From NCBI GenBank assembly GCA_963827275.1, contig CAWHAA010000008.1, forward strand, positions 96,001-160,000: DNA of 64,000 bases, given 5' to 3'. Shown piece after piece: positions 22,411 to 32,169 of this stretch; the stretch's first letter is position 1, and each line of letters begins with the position of its first letter. The DNA is from an uncultured Spirochaetota bacterium. Its GTDB lineage: Bacteria; Spirochaetota; UBA4802; UBA5550. The notes beneath the pieces are model-generated. The model was not told the origin of the DNA and made no database searches. It saw nothing but the letters and a program-made list of their open reading frames with translations. The position numbers and the translations under genes were made by a program.

Positions 22411-22824
22411 TCACTTATTTGGCACCACCGGCGCCATCCACATGTCATGGAGGTTGCACTTGACAATGACCCGGTAATTGCCTTTCACCGGGTCGGGGAG
22501 CGTGAAGCGGGCGCGGGGTTCGTCTAAATTAAAGGAAAATTTTTTGACCGCGATCTGTCTGTCGCCGTCCTTGAGGGCGATGGCCTCGATGTAGTGATAC
22601 GGATTCTTTGTCGGCTTCATAGGCACGCGCACATCAATTTGATTTTTAGAGACAAACGTTATCAACGGCACGTGCGTGCCTGACTGGTTCTTCCAGAGCC
22701 CCTCATCGGAAGCGGTGTGGAACTTCGGGATGGGGATCCTCGCGTTTTCGTCCAGGTCGCCGCAGCGGAGAAGAAGGGAAAGCATGATTGATAAAAAAAT
22801 AAGAGGAAATACTGCTGTTTTCAT
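22411..22824 (-). CDS. Exported superoxide reductase (desulfoferrodoxin C-terminal)-like lipoprotein
   Basis: Signal peptide ending in Cys; HVP, HYIEAI, KCNLHDMW. Confidence 0.7.
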   Translation of the reverse strand: MKTAVFPLIFLSIMLSLLLRCGDLDENARIPIPKFHTASDEGLWKNQSGTHVPLITFVSKNQIDVRVPMKPTKNPYHYIEAIALKDGDRQIAVKKFSFNLDEPRARFTLPDPVKGNYRVIVKCNLHDMWMAPVVPNK

Positions 22825-23080
22825 GGCACCGTCCTCCGGGTAAGTTCTGCCGGTCGATTATGAGAATAAGAACCATGCTGTTTTGTTTCAAGCTTATTTT
22901 ATGGAATGCAGGGATTTAATCATGGTGAAAATAATTAATCCTTTGCCGGGGGCCGTACCCGCCGGTTTCAACGCTGCATATTTTCTGATAAATCAGCAAA
23001 GATGCGGGGAAACAATAGTGCATATATGCCGGGGAATTGCCGAAAATATCATATATCAGGATCATATTGTAAAACAACAA

Positions 23081-23109
23081 TTGACATGACGCCGCGGTTC
23101 ATATATAAT
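23081..23109 (+). promoter_or_regulatory. Consensus sigma70 promoter
   Basis: TTGACA-N17-TATAAT, perfect match, 17 nt before ATG 23127. Confidence 0.8.
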
Positions 23110-23126
23110 TACTTAAAGGACACAGT

Positions 23127-24614
23127 ATGAAAAAATCCACCGTTTTTTTCCTGGCCCTGGGAGCGCTGGTTGTCGGCGCGGGAAGCGCCGCCCTGTTTTC
23201 TCAGGAGAACATCAATGATATCATGAACAACGCGGGCGTCAGGCTGGGTGAGCAAAACAGGCTGGACGAGGCGATAGAACAGTTCGACAAGGCGATCGAC
23301 TTCCGCGAAAAAGCTGCGGCGAAGGCATACCATAACAAGGGATACGCGCTGGAAAAGAAAGGCGATCTGAAAGAAGCGATCAAATATTACGAAGCGGCGT
23401 GGAAGTGGAACCCGAAGCAGGTGCCGACCGGCGAGCGCCTGGGGTACGGCCAGTATAAAACAGAAAATTTCGACCGCGCCATCGAGGTCGGCGAAGCGGT
23501 CATGCGGCTCGACCCCCGCAACACCCAGGTCCCCGTATGGCTTGCCGATGCGTACCGGAGGCGCGGGGACAAGAAAAAGGGCGCAGACACGGCGGCGCCG
23601 GCAGCTGAAAAGCCGCGCGTGTTTTACCTGTCCATCGACGCCATGGCGCGGATGGGGCTCTACTACGGCGCAAAGTCGCACTACGGGGGCCTCTATCACA
23701 CGAATCTGCACGGGTTCAGGTATGTGCCCGATCCGGGGCTCGTCACCAGCATTCCCTATACCATTTTCATAAGCATCACCCCGGTCCCGCTCATCCAGAT
23801 CGACCTGACAGTGGAGAACCCCTGGCTGGGCGGCGTTACGCCGCCGGGGCTGGTAGTGCAGACTGAAAAAGCGGAGTTTCTCTTTAATATCAAGAATTTC
23901 ACGCTGGGCGCCGGTGCGATGGTGAACCACTATGACGACGGCGTGGCGTTTTATAAACGATACAGGCTCACCGACGTCAAGGTCGGCTTCATCTTCGGGT
24001 ACCGCAAGGACGATATAGAGGCGAAAATAACCTGGTATCCCCGGATGCTTGTCATGGACCCGCGTTCATCAACGGGAAAGACCTTCGACGTGGGTTCGCT
24101 CCGCATCGATTATGCCTACCAGGCGTTTCCCGACATCAAGCTTTACGGGCTCTTCCATTTCCGCGATTATTACGTCTTCTGCCACTCCTTCGACTGGCGG
24201 GTATTCTACGCGAGCTACTACCGGTATTCCGAGAACATCGCCAGCTACTGGGGCGTCTATGACATGGGGCTCGGGCTGACCTTCAATAACCTCGCGCGGC
24301 ACGCCGACGGGACCGAGCTGTTTTCACTGAGCGTCGAGTGGCTCGAGCGGTTTTACCTGCGCGACCTGAACAACGACGCCCCCTACACCCTGGCGCCGAA
24401 CGGCCAGGGATGGTTCGGGCTCAACCTCAAGAAGTTCACCAAGGGGAGGCCGTTCTCCGGGTTCTGGGCACTGTCGCAGGTGCTCAGCCTCCGGCTCGAC
24501 GAGCAGCTCACCAGGAATTTTTTCATGTACCAGAAGATCATCGCGGAGCTGGCGGACCAGGACTCGGAGCACCACGAGTTCAATCTCCAGATCGGCATGG
24601 GATTCAAGATCTGA
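23127..24614 (+). CDS. Secreted TPR protein with a probable C-terminal outer-membrane beta-barrel
   Basis: Signal peptide, three TPRs, aromatic amphipathic strands, ends FNLQIGMGFKI. Confidence 0.65.
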   Translation: MKKSTVFFLALGALVVGAGSAALFSQENINDIMNNAGVRLGEQNRLDEAIEQFDKAIDFREKAAAKAYHNKGYALEKKGDLKEAIKYYEAAWKWNPKQVPTGERLGYGQYKTENFDRAIEVGEAVMRLDPRNTQVPVWLADAYRRRGDKKKGADTAAPAAEKPRVFYLSIDAMARMGLYYGAKSHYGGLYHTNLHGFRYVPDPGLVTSIPYTIFISITPVPLIQIDLTVENPWLGGVTPPGLVVQTEKAEFLFNIKNFTLGAGAMVNHYDDGVAFYKRYRLTDVKVGFIFGYRKDDIEAKITWYPRMLVMDPRSSTGKTFDVGSLRIDYAYQAFPDIKLYGLFHFRDYYVFCHSFDWRVFYASYYRYSENIASYWGVYDMGLGLTFNNLARHADGTELFSLSVEWLERFYLRDLNNDAPYTLAPNGQGWFGLNLKKFTKGRPFSGFWALSQVLSLRLDEQLTRNFFMYQKIIAELADQDSEHHEFNLQIGMGFKI

Positions 24615-24617
24615 GCC

Positions 24618-25403
24618 ATGCCTGACAGGATCGCCGTTTTCGCACGGGAGATATCGGTGGAGGCGGGTGAGATCCTCCTGCGGGGATTCAGGTCTGACCG
24701 CACCGTTGTTTCCTACAAGAGCAGGACCGACCTTGTCACCGATAGCGACAGGGCGTCCGAGGCCCACCTTGTCGCCAGGATCGCGGAACACTTTCCCGAC
24801 CACGCCATCATCGCCGAGGAGGGGAGCCGGAAGGACGCAGCAGGCGGGTATGTCTGGTTCGTGGACCCTCTCGACGGCACGAATAATTTTGCGCACGGGC
24901 TCCCTTTTTTTTGTGTTTCCATCGGCGTATTTTCAACAGAGATGCAGAAGGTCGTCGCCGGCGTGGTATACAATCCGTTCCTGGGCGAGATGTTCACCGC
25001 GGTCAGGGGCGGCGGCGCGTTCCTGAACGGGGCGCCGATTCATGTCTCGTCGATCGGCGATATCGGCATATCGCTGGTCGCGACCGGCTTTCCCTACGAC
25101 AAGGCCGTGTCGGAAAACAACAACCTGAAGGAATTCAACCGCATCATTCTGCGTATCCAGGGAATACGGCGTATGGGGTCCGCGGCCATTGACCTCTCCT
25201 ACGTTGCGTGCGGCAGGCTCGACGGCTACTGGGAAGGGAAGCTCAATCCCTGGGACATGGCAGCCGGGAGCCTTATCGTGGAGGAAGCGGGCGGGCGCGT
25301 GACCCGTTATGACGGCGGACAGTTCCACCCTGAGTTCCCTGAAGTCGTTGCCTCAAATGGCAAAATCCATCACCAGCTGATTGAGCTATTGTCATCAAAG
25401 TAG
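24618..25403 (+). CDS. suhB: Inositol monophosphatase family protein
   Basis: DLVTDSD, AEE, WFVDPLDGTNNF, RRMGSAA, WDMAAG. Confidence 0.93.
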   Translation: MPDRIAVFAREISVEAGEILLRGFRSDRTVVSYKSRTDLVTDSDRASEAHLVARIAEHFPDHAIIAEEGSRKDAAGGYVWFVDPLDGTNNFAHGLPFFCVSIGVFSTEMQKVVAGVVYNPFLGEMFTAVRGGGAFLNGAPIHVSSIGDIGISLVATGFPYDKAVSENNNLKEFNRIILRIQGIRRMGSAAIDLSYVACGRLDGYWEGKLNPWDMAAGSLIVEEAGGRVTRYDGGQFHPEFPEVVASNGKIHHQLIELLSSK

Positions 25404-25404
25404 T

Positions 25405-25420
25405 TTATTGTATACAATAA
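25405..25420. promoter_or_regulatory. 16-bp perfect palindrome (putative operator) upstream of the PilZ-LuxD operon
   Basis: TTATTGTATACAATAA, with TATCAT at 25430. Confidence 0.5.
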
Positions 25421-25611
25421 CCCTTCCTGTATCATTATTTTAAAATTGTCTCCATTTTTGAATTTCTGGAACCGAACATTAAATATATATCTTCGATTGA
25501 GCAAGACCTTCCGGCCAATCATTGCTGAATGCCGATGAAGGTGCGGGGATCACAGGCAGTGAAGAGATACATGTATCTGACCTGTAAAAAAGGTCCGGGC
25601 CACGGTGACAG

Positions 25612-28600
25612 ATGAGCAACAAGAGGAAGCATATCCGGGTTGCGTACAATAAAAAGGTCAGGCTTTTCTCGGACGAGCATACCTTTGAAGCACAATCCAT
25701 CAATATCAGCAACAGCGGGATCCAGGTCCGTACCAGCATACTCTCGCACGAGGTGGATGTAGAGCGTATTTCATTGACCCTCCCATCTAATGATGACGCC
25801 ATCCATATCCCCTGCAGAATTGTCAGGAGCCACACCGGCCTTCCGGGAGAGGATGGACACGTGCTCGGACTTGAATTTTCCTATCAGACCGAGGCCGAAA
25901 TGGCACTCGTCGGCAATTTCATCAAGGAGATGAAAAGCTCCCAGCTCGCTGACGACCGCAGTGCTGCCGAGATGAGGATCATCCCGCGCACATCATGCCA
26001 AATTGAGAATGTCGCCTGCAGCAAGCCCGGCGTGGCAATATGTTCTATCGACAATATATCCACGGACGGGTGCCTTGTCAGTTATGAGGGCGAACTCCAC
26101 ACCCATGAACCGATTGAGATTGAATTTTCCCTTCCGGGAGATTCTCAGGTGATTGCCATCCGCTGCAGCGTCGCGTATGCAATGAACAATTATTTTAACA
26201 ATGTCAGCAGGGCCGGCATGTGCTTCGGCGCTATTCGGGACCTCGACAGGATCAAGATATATAATTTCATAGTAAAATCAGCCTCCTCGTCATCTGTCAA
26301 GATTGTCCAGGAACGCAGATATGAAAACATCATCGGGCTTGAGTACCGGATATGCGAGCCGAAGCGTATTGAAGCGCTCTTCGGCCGAATAAAAAAAGAG
26401 AAAAAAAGCATCAATGTTCTTTTTGAAAACAATGCAGGCATGTTCGATGTTGTGCCGACTGATTTTTTTCCGGGCGACCGGTTTGTCACCACGAGACTTA
26501 ACGTCGATAACCGCACATTACACCTGAAACGGTTTCATACCGTGTACTGCTCGGTTATCATCCACGGGGACAGCTATTATTTCAACAGTGAGCTCCTTGA
26601 GCGAGGTGATGAGCAGATGGTGCTCTCCTTCCCTGACACAGTGTATCATTCGGAGAAACGGTCGCATGACAGGAAACCGCTCGGCGGCATGGTCGATTTC
26701 GTCATGATGACGGGCGGCTCGTCGTCTGCCCGGCTCCCCGGCAGGCTTGTCAACATCAGCAGGCGCGGGTTTCTATGCGACTTTCCCCCCGGGAACCTGG
26801 AGCGCGACCTCCTTAAAACCGGACAGGAGGTGTCGTATTTTTTCGGCAAGGACATGGGACTGGCCAATTTTGGCGAGATACGCCACTTGAAAGAAGTGGT
26901 CGGCGATGACGGGCAGATCAGCCTGCAGGTGGGGATCGAGGCGGGGATCAGACGCTCGGAGTTCCAGTTTAAAAAAATATCCTGTTCGCAGTGGAAGAAG
27001 CAAAAGCAGAAACATCCGAAGCGGCCCACGCGTGTACGGGACAGCATGATGCCGGACATCGTCCGGTATGAAAACAGGAGCGGAAGGGAGCTCGTCGCCC
27101 TCCTCAATTATACGAGACTGGGAATAGAATCTCCCGTTGTAATCCTGCCGCCCGCGTTCGGGAAAAAGAAGGAGACGCTGTCGCCGCTGGTGGTGACGCT
27201 ATTTGAAAATTTCATGCACGCGGCCAAAGATGTTATAACCATCCGGTACGATGGCATCAACAGGCCCGGCGAAAGTTATAATGAAGACATGTGCCCGAAG
27301 CGCGGATATGAAATGCTCCATTACCGCATCAGCCAGGGAAGGGACGACCTCGAGGCGACCCTCGATTTCGTGTGCAACAATGACCTCTTCAGGCCTTCAG
27401 CGGTCATCGTGGTCGCGTTCAGCATGTCGGCGATGGACGCGAGAAAGCTGATCATGGAGGACGGAAGGGTGGACTACCTCGTCAGCGTCATGGGAGCGAC
27501 CTGCGCGCGAAGCGCGTTCCGGAACATCACCGGCGGCATTGATATTATCGGGAACTCGCGCATAGGGATTGAAAACGGGGTCTCGGGCGTTCTCGGCCAG
27601 ATCCTGAACCTTGACACGACCGCGCGCGACCTGATCGATAATAAGTATGCCTACATAGCTGACGCACGATATGACATGACGAAGATCGGGATCCCGGTAT
27701 CCTGGATATACGGCAAATTTGACCGGTGGGTCTCCGAGGCAGAAGTCAGGGACATCATGAGCGTCAGGTCCAGCGGCAGGCGCGAGGTAATAGAGATACC
27801 GACAGGCCACAATCTCCGCTCCAGCGAGGACGCGATAAAGGCATTCAAGATCATCGCCGCGCTGATTTTCCGGCAGCTCTACGGGAAGACCATCCGTCCC
27901 TTCGACCCTGACCGGGACGCCATGATTGACCTGATCACCTACGAGCGGGAGCGGCATGCGGCAGACGATGGCATCGACATGCAGGGCTACTGGAAAAATT
28001 ATCTTCTCGGGGAGAAAAAGAACGGCGCCGGCTATGACTTCTATCGAAACCTTGACGAATTCAGGGAGTTCCTGTCTTTTCAGGGGTCCCTCGTTGACCT
28101 GAGGGACGGGGAGCTCATGGCGGACATGGGCTGCGGTACCGGCATCTTTTTTGAGAGGATGATCGCGGACAGGGCGGCCCGGGGCATTGACCTGTCAAAC
28201 GCGCAGGTAGATCTTGTGGACCTTGTACCGGAGGCGCTCGCCCGCGCCAGGGAGAAGTTCGCGGTGCTGAAAAAGATCCACGGGAGCCGGTTGCCGGAGA
28301 GGGTGAATTATATCCAGATGAACCTGGAGCCGAACCGCCTGCTCCCGGTGAAGAGGTTAATTGAGGACAGGGCGCTTGATGTCACGTTCCTGAAAAACCG
28401 CGTGGAAGGATTAAAAAACACGGTCGTGGAACGCCTGGCAGGCCTCGGATACGGCCGGCTCGGCGATATTCTGCGCGGCGGGGCCATAACAGATGACGAC
28501 GACGTATATTTTAACGAGCACGTGAACGGCGAGGAACGCCGGGTCATTTATGATTTGAACCGGGCCGCGCGGTTGTTAACGGGGAATCTCGGGCCATCCG

Positions 28601-29157
28601 ATTTTAAAAAAGGGAAGATGGTGCGGGACAATGTCCGGGAAAACGGCCGACGGGAGCTGCGCGCGGCTGATATCGATTTCAAGGAACTTGTTTTCGGCGA
28701 CCGGGGGCTTGACCTTTCCCTGGATTTCAGGGAAAAGAGGTATGATAAAATAGCGGCGAGCCTGCTCATCAGCTATCTTTTTAATCCCGATGAAATTATT
28801 TTTGATTTTTTCCGCATATTGAAGCCGGGCGGGCTGCTGCTTGTTTCATCGATGAAGCCGGACAGCGACATCTCCGTAATATTTACGAATTATATAAATA
28901 AAGCCAGTGAATTGGAGCGGGAAAAAACCGCGGACATCGGCCCTGAGACCGACCTCGTCAGCGCGCGGGCGATGCTGAATGAAGCGGCATCGCTCTTCCA
29001 GCTTGAAGAGGACGGGTTTTTCAGGTTTTATACCGGGGAGGACCTCGCCGGCATGATGAGGAGGGCGGGCTTTATTGATATAACAATCAATATGTCCATG
29101 GGTGATCCTCCCCAGGCGGTGATCGTTACCGGCACGAAGCCCGGCGGCACCGGATAA
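25612..29157 (+). CDS. Multidomain protein: 3x PilZ (with a YcgR-like linker), LuxD-like acyl-ACP thioesterase/acyltransferase, class I SAM methyltransferase
   Basis: PilZ motif pairs RKHIR/NISNSG, RIIPR/NISTDG, RSHDR/NISRRG. Hydrolase motifs PPAFGKKKE, IRYDG, AFSMSA, FDRWVSEAEV, TGHNL. Methyltransferase motifs DMGCGTG, VDLV, YDKIAASL, LKPGG. Confidence 0.75.
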   Translation: MSNKRKHIRVAYNKKVRLFSDEHTFEAQSINISNSGIQVRTSILSHEVDVERISLTLPSNDDAIHIPCRIVRSHTGLPGEDGHVLGLEFSYQTEAEMALVGNFIKEMKSSQLADDRSAAEMRIIPRTSCQIENVACSKPGVAICSIDNISTDGCLVSYEGELHTHEPIEIEFSLPGDSQVIAIRCSVAYAMNNYFNNVSRAGMCFGAIRDLDRIKIYNFIVKSASSSSVKIVQERRYENIIGLEYRICEPKRIEALFGRIKKEKKSINVLFENNAGMFDVVPTDFFPGDRFVTTRLNVDNRTLHLKRFHTVYCSVIIHGDSYYFNSELLERGDEQMVLSFPDTVYHSEKRSHDRKPLGGMVDFVMMTGGSSSARLPGRLVNISRRGFLCDFPPGNLERDLLKTGQEVSYFFGKDMGLANFGEIRHLKEVVGDDGQISLQVGIEAGIRRSEFQFKKISCSQWKKQKQKHPKRPTRVRDSMMPDIVRYENRSGRELVALLNYTRLGIESPVVILPPAFGKKKETLSPLVVTLFENFMHAAKDVITIRYDGINRPGESYNEDMCPKRGYEMLHYRISQGRDDLEATLDFVCNNDLFRPSAVIVVAFSMSAMDARKLIMEDGRVDYLVSVMGATCARSAFRNITGGIDIIGNSRIGIENGVSGVLGQILNLDTTARDLIDNKYAYIADARYDMTKIGIPVSWIYGKFDRWVSEAEVRDIMSVRSSGRREVIEIPTGHNLRSSEDAIKAFKIIAALIFRQLYGKTIRPFDPDRDAMIDLITYERERHAADDGIDMQGYWKNYLLGEKKNGAGYDFYRNLDEFREFLSFQGSLVDLRDGELMADMGCGTGIFFERMIADRAARGIDLSNAQVDLVDLVPEALARAREKFAVLKKIHGSRLPERVNYIQMNLEPNRLLPVKRLIEDRALDVTFLKNRVEGLKNTVVERLAGLGYGRLGDILRGGAITDDDDVYFNEHVNGEERRVIYDLNRAARLLTGNLGPSDFKKGKMVRDNVRENGRRELRAADIDFKELVFGDRGLDLSLDFREKRYDKIAASLLISYLFNPDEIIFDFFRILKPGGLLLVSSMKPDSDISVIFTNYINKASELEREKTADIGPETDLVSARAMLNEAASLFQLEEDGFFRFYTGEDLAGMMRRAGFIDITINMSMGDPPQAVIVTGTKPGGTG

Positions 29158-29192
29158 AACTATTCTGATCATGACAAAAAGAAAATCATGCT

Positions 29193-30578
29193 ATGAACAT
29201 CACAGATAAAATTTTTGAATCTTTGAGCGCGTGGGGTGAACACCCGGCGTTCATCGATCTTGTCCCCGGCCGGCCGCCGGCGTATATATCCGCATCGGAT
29301 TTCAGCGCGACCGTGCAGGACATAACCGGCGTTCTGAAAAAACACGGGATACGGAACGGCTTCATCGTGGCCCTTTTTTTGAACAACTCGATGGATTTTA
29401 TTTCAGTTTTTATCGCGCTGCTCGGCATCGGCGCAAAGCCGGTCCCGGTCAACATGGCGTTCCGGAAGGTCGAGCTTGACGAAATATTCGCCAATGCCGA
29501 CCCGCACGCGGTCATTACCGAGCACGATCACCTGCCTTTCATCCAGGCGTACCTGGAGGGGAAGATTGTCATTCAACGAAATCGGGGGAAACTGCTCCTG
29601 CACGACGCCGGCGCGGGACGCAGGGATCCGGCGGAGCTGGGTGATGACATCGCGTCGGTCAATTACACCTACCGCGGTTACGGGTACCCCCTGGGCGCGC
29701 TGGTGCCGCACGGCCAGTATCTCGCGGGGGCCGATTTCCTTGAAGCGGCGGTGCAGCTTGAGCGCGGCGAGCGGATAGTGGTGATACTGCCGATGCAGCA
29801 TATCTACACCCTGATCGGGTGCGTGTTCCTGCCCCTGCTGTACGGTGTAACACCGGTGATTTCATACACCAGGAACCCGCTGCGGCTTTTCGAAGCGGTC
29901 CGCGAACACGGTATTCACCATGTCCTGGCGGTGCCGGAGGTGTATGAGCTTTTTTTAAAGCTGCGCGAGGGGGCTGGCGATATCCCTCAGATGAAGGCCT
30001 TTCTTTCCGGCGGGAGCGTCCTGCCGCGTGAGAATTATACGCGGCTGATGGAGGAGTTCAACGTGGACCTGATCCACGGGTACGGCCTGACCGAATTCAC
30101 GCCGGTGAGCAGGAACATCAGGGGCGTCATTCGGCCCGGAACAATCGGTAAAGTCAGCGATGGAGTCGAGTGCAAAATTGACTCCCCGGATGCGAACGGC
30201 TCCGGTGAGATCATGATTAAGACCAAGGACATGGCACGGCACTACTATAAAAGACCTGCCGAGACCCGTGAGGCATTTGACGGCGGGTGGTTCAGGACGG
30301 GTGATATAGGGAAACTCGAGAACGGCCACCTGTTGTTTGAAAGGGAGAAAAAGGGGACCAGGAAAATCAAGGGCAACATGGTGGATCTCGAGGAGATTAA
30401 AAAGGCAATGGAATTGATGAAAGGTGTTCGTGAAGCACGGATTGCCGGTAGTAATAATATGCTTTCAGCTGAAATTGAATTTGATGGATCGGATCAAATT
30501 GACACAATAAAAATTAAACAATATTTAGAGAATATACTTTCTGTGAATAAAATTCCCCAGAACATTTCAATCATATGA
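29193..30578 (+). CDS. AMP-binding (acyl-CoA/acyl-ACP ligase-like) protein with a degenerate P-loop
   Basis: LPMQHIY, GYGLTE, WFRTGDIG and KIKG present; A3 loop reads YTYRGYGYPLG; ends before the A10 lysine. Confidence 0.8.
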   Translation: MNITDKIFESLSAWGEHPAFIDLVPGRPPAYISASDFSATVQDITGVLKKHGIRNGFIVALFLNNSMDFISVFIALLGIGAKPVPVNMAFRKVELDEIFANADPHAVITEHDHLPFIQAYLEGKIVIQRNRGKLLLHDAGAGRRDPAELGDDIASVNYTYRGYGYPLGALVPHGQYLAGADFLEAAVQLERGERIVVILPMQHIYTLIGCVFLPLLYGVTPVISYTRNPLRLFEAVREHGIHHVLAVPEVYELFLKLREGAGDIPQMKAFLSGGSVLPRENYTRLMEEFNVDLIHGYGLTEFTPVSRNIRGVIRPGTIGKVSDGVECKIDSPDANGSGEIMIKTKDMARHYYKRPAETREAFDGGWFRTGDIGKLENGHLLFEREKKGTRKIKGNMVDLEEIKKAMELMKGVREARIAGSNNMLSAEIEFDGSDQIDTIKIKQYLENILSVNKIPQNISII

Positions 30579-30608
30579 TTATAAATAAGGAAAATAGTAA
30601 ATAATATA

Positions 30609-30866
30609 ATGAAGACATTGGACCATGTAACTATTGTTAAAAAGATCATTTCGAAAATTACCAAATTTGATGAAGCTGATTTATCTAGCAATATTCTTCT
30701 CAGGGAAGAACTCGGTATTGATTCGATAATGGCCATGGAGATCATGGTAAATATTGAACGAACCCTTGAAATAAAAATCGAAGAAAAAAAATTACAAACT
30801 GTTAAAACAATTAAAAATTTAACAGATTTAATAAAGGAGGAAATGTCATTACAACGAAAAAGTTAA
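30609..30866 (+). CDS. Acyl carrier protein
   Basis: ELGIDSIMAMEI phosphopantetheine motif; 85 aa. Confidence 0.9.
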   Translation: MKTLDHVTIVKKIISKITKFDEADLSSNILLREELGIDSIMAMEIMVNIERTLEIKIEEKKLQTVKTIKNLTDLIKEEMSLQRKS

Positions 30867-32167
30867 AAATATGCCTGATTTCACCCAAGGGCCATTTATT
30901 AATACGCAATGAATTATTTTCTGAATTTGTTAAAAACTCGCGTGAAATGGCAACATATATGCACTATTGGTCGGGCCTCAGTGTCGCACTTGCAACTATC
31001 GCGGGATTGACTCCCCGGCAGCATGATGTGGTGATTATTGATGAAAACCAGGAAAAAATAAATTTTACCGACTATTATGATTATGACATAATAGGTATTA
31101 CTTCTATGACTCAGACGTCCCTTCGTGCATATGAAATTGCCGATGAATTCAGGGGGAAAGGTCTCTTCGTTGTAATTGGCGGTATTCATGCAACTGTCTT
31201 ACCGGAAGAAGTAAAGAGCCACGCTGATGCGGTTTTTATCGGAGAAGCTGAAAATACATGGCCACAGTTCATAAATGATTTTATCGGAGGTTCTCCAAAA
31301 CAAATTTACAATCAGAAAAATTGTCCTCCCATACAAATGGAGACAATGCCGACACCAAGATTTGATCTGGTTGCCCGTTATAAATATCCCGTTGTGTGGA
31401 TGCAGACAACAAGGGGTTGCCCTCATGATTGTGAATTCTGTGCGGCATCTGTTATATATGGGCGCAATTATAAACATAAAAATATTGAACAGGTTGTTGC
31501 AGAAATAAAAGAAATTAAGAGACACTGGAAGTTTGCACAAATTGGATTTGCTGATGACAATATGTTTGTAAATAGGGAATTTTCGCGGAACCTGATATCA
31601 AATTTTACTAATTTAAATTTCAACTGGTTTGCCCAGACTGATATATCTATAGGCAATGATGAAAAATTTTTAGATTTATTAAAAGAAAACGGCTGCAAGT
31701 ATCTTTTTATTGGATTTGAAGGAACATCAAAAAACAGGCTTGAGAAATTGAATACTAATAATTGGAAGGCAAAAAAATTTGATGATTATAAAATATATAT
31801 TGATAAAATACAGCGAAAAGGTATAGGTATATTCGGTTCTTTTATCCTGGGTTTCGATGAAGATGATGAAAGTATTTTTAATGATACAATATCTTATATA
31901 AATGATAATAATTTATTAGGTGCTTCAATAACAATATTAACTCCATTCCCGGGAAGCCGTCTAAGAGACAGAATGCAGTCTGAAAATAGAATTATGCATG
32001 ATGACTGGAGTTATTATACGGCATGGAACGCGGTCATAAGGCATAAGAACATGAAACCTGAAACGCTTGAAGATGGATTAATGAAGGTCTATTCAGGTAT
32101 TTATAATGACAGGACATATCTTAAAAGAGCAAAATATTTCAAAACAATATTAGAGAGTAATCTTTAA
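30848..32167 (+). CDS. Cobalamin-binding-domain radical SAM enzyme
   Basis: KICLISP N-terminal strand, GGIHAT, GEAE, TTRGCPHDCEFC, FADDN, GFE, FILGFD, TPFPGS. Start inferred at ATT 30848 (ORF track uses ATG 30947). Confidence 0.88.
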   Translation: MTTKKLKICLISPKGHLLIRNELFSEFVKNSREMATYMHYWSGLSVALATIAGLTPRQHDVVIIDENQEKINFTDYYDYDIIGITSMTQTSLRAYEIADEFRGKGLFVVIGGIHATVLPEEVKSHADAVFIGEAENTWPQFINDFIGGSPKQIYNQKNCPPIQMETMPTPRFDLVARYKYPVVWMQTTRGCPHDCEFCAASVIYGRNYKHKNIEQVVAEIKEIKRHWKFAQIGFADDNMFVNREFSRNLISNFTNLNFNWFAQTDISIGNDEKFLDLLKENGCKYLFIGFEGTSKNRLEKLNTNNWKAKKFDDYKIYIDKIQRKGIGIFGSFILGFDEDDESIFNDTISYINDNNLLGASITILTPFPGSRLRDRMQSENRIMHDDWSYYTAWNAVIRHKNMKPETLEDGLMKVYSGIYNDRTYLKRAKYFKTILESNL

Positions 32168-32169
32168 CA

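Noticed and set aside
25612..30578. Bioluminescence (lux) operon
   Set aside because: Only a LuxD-like domain is present; no luxA/B/C/E-like genes.
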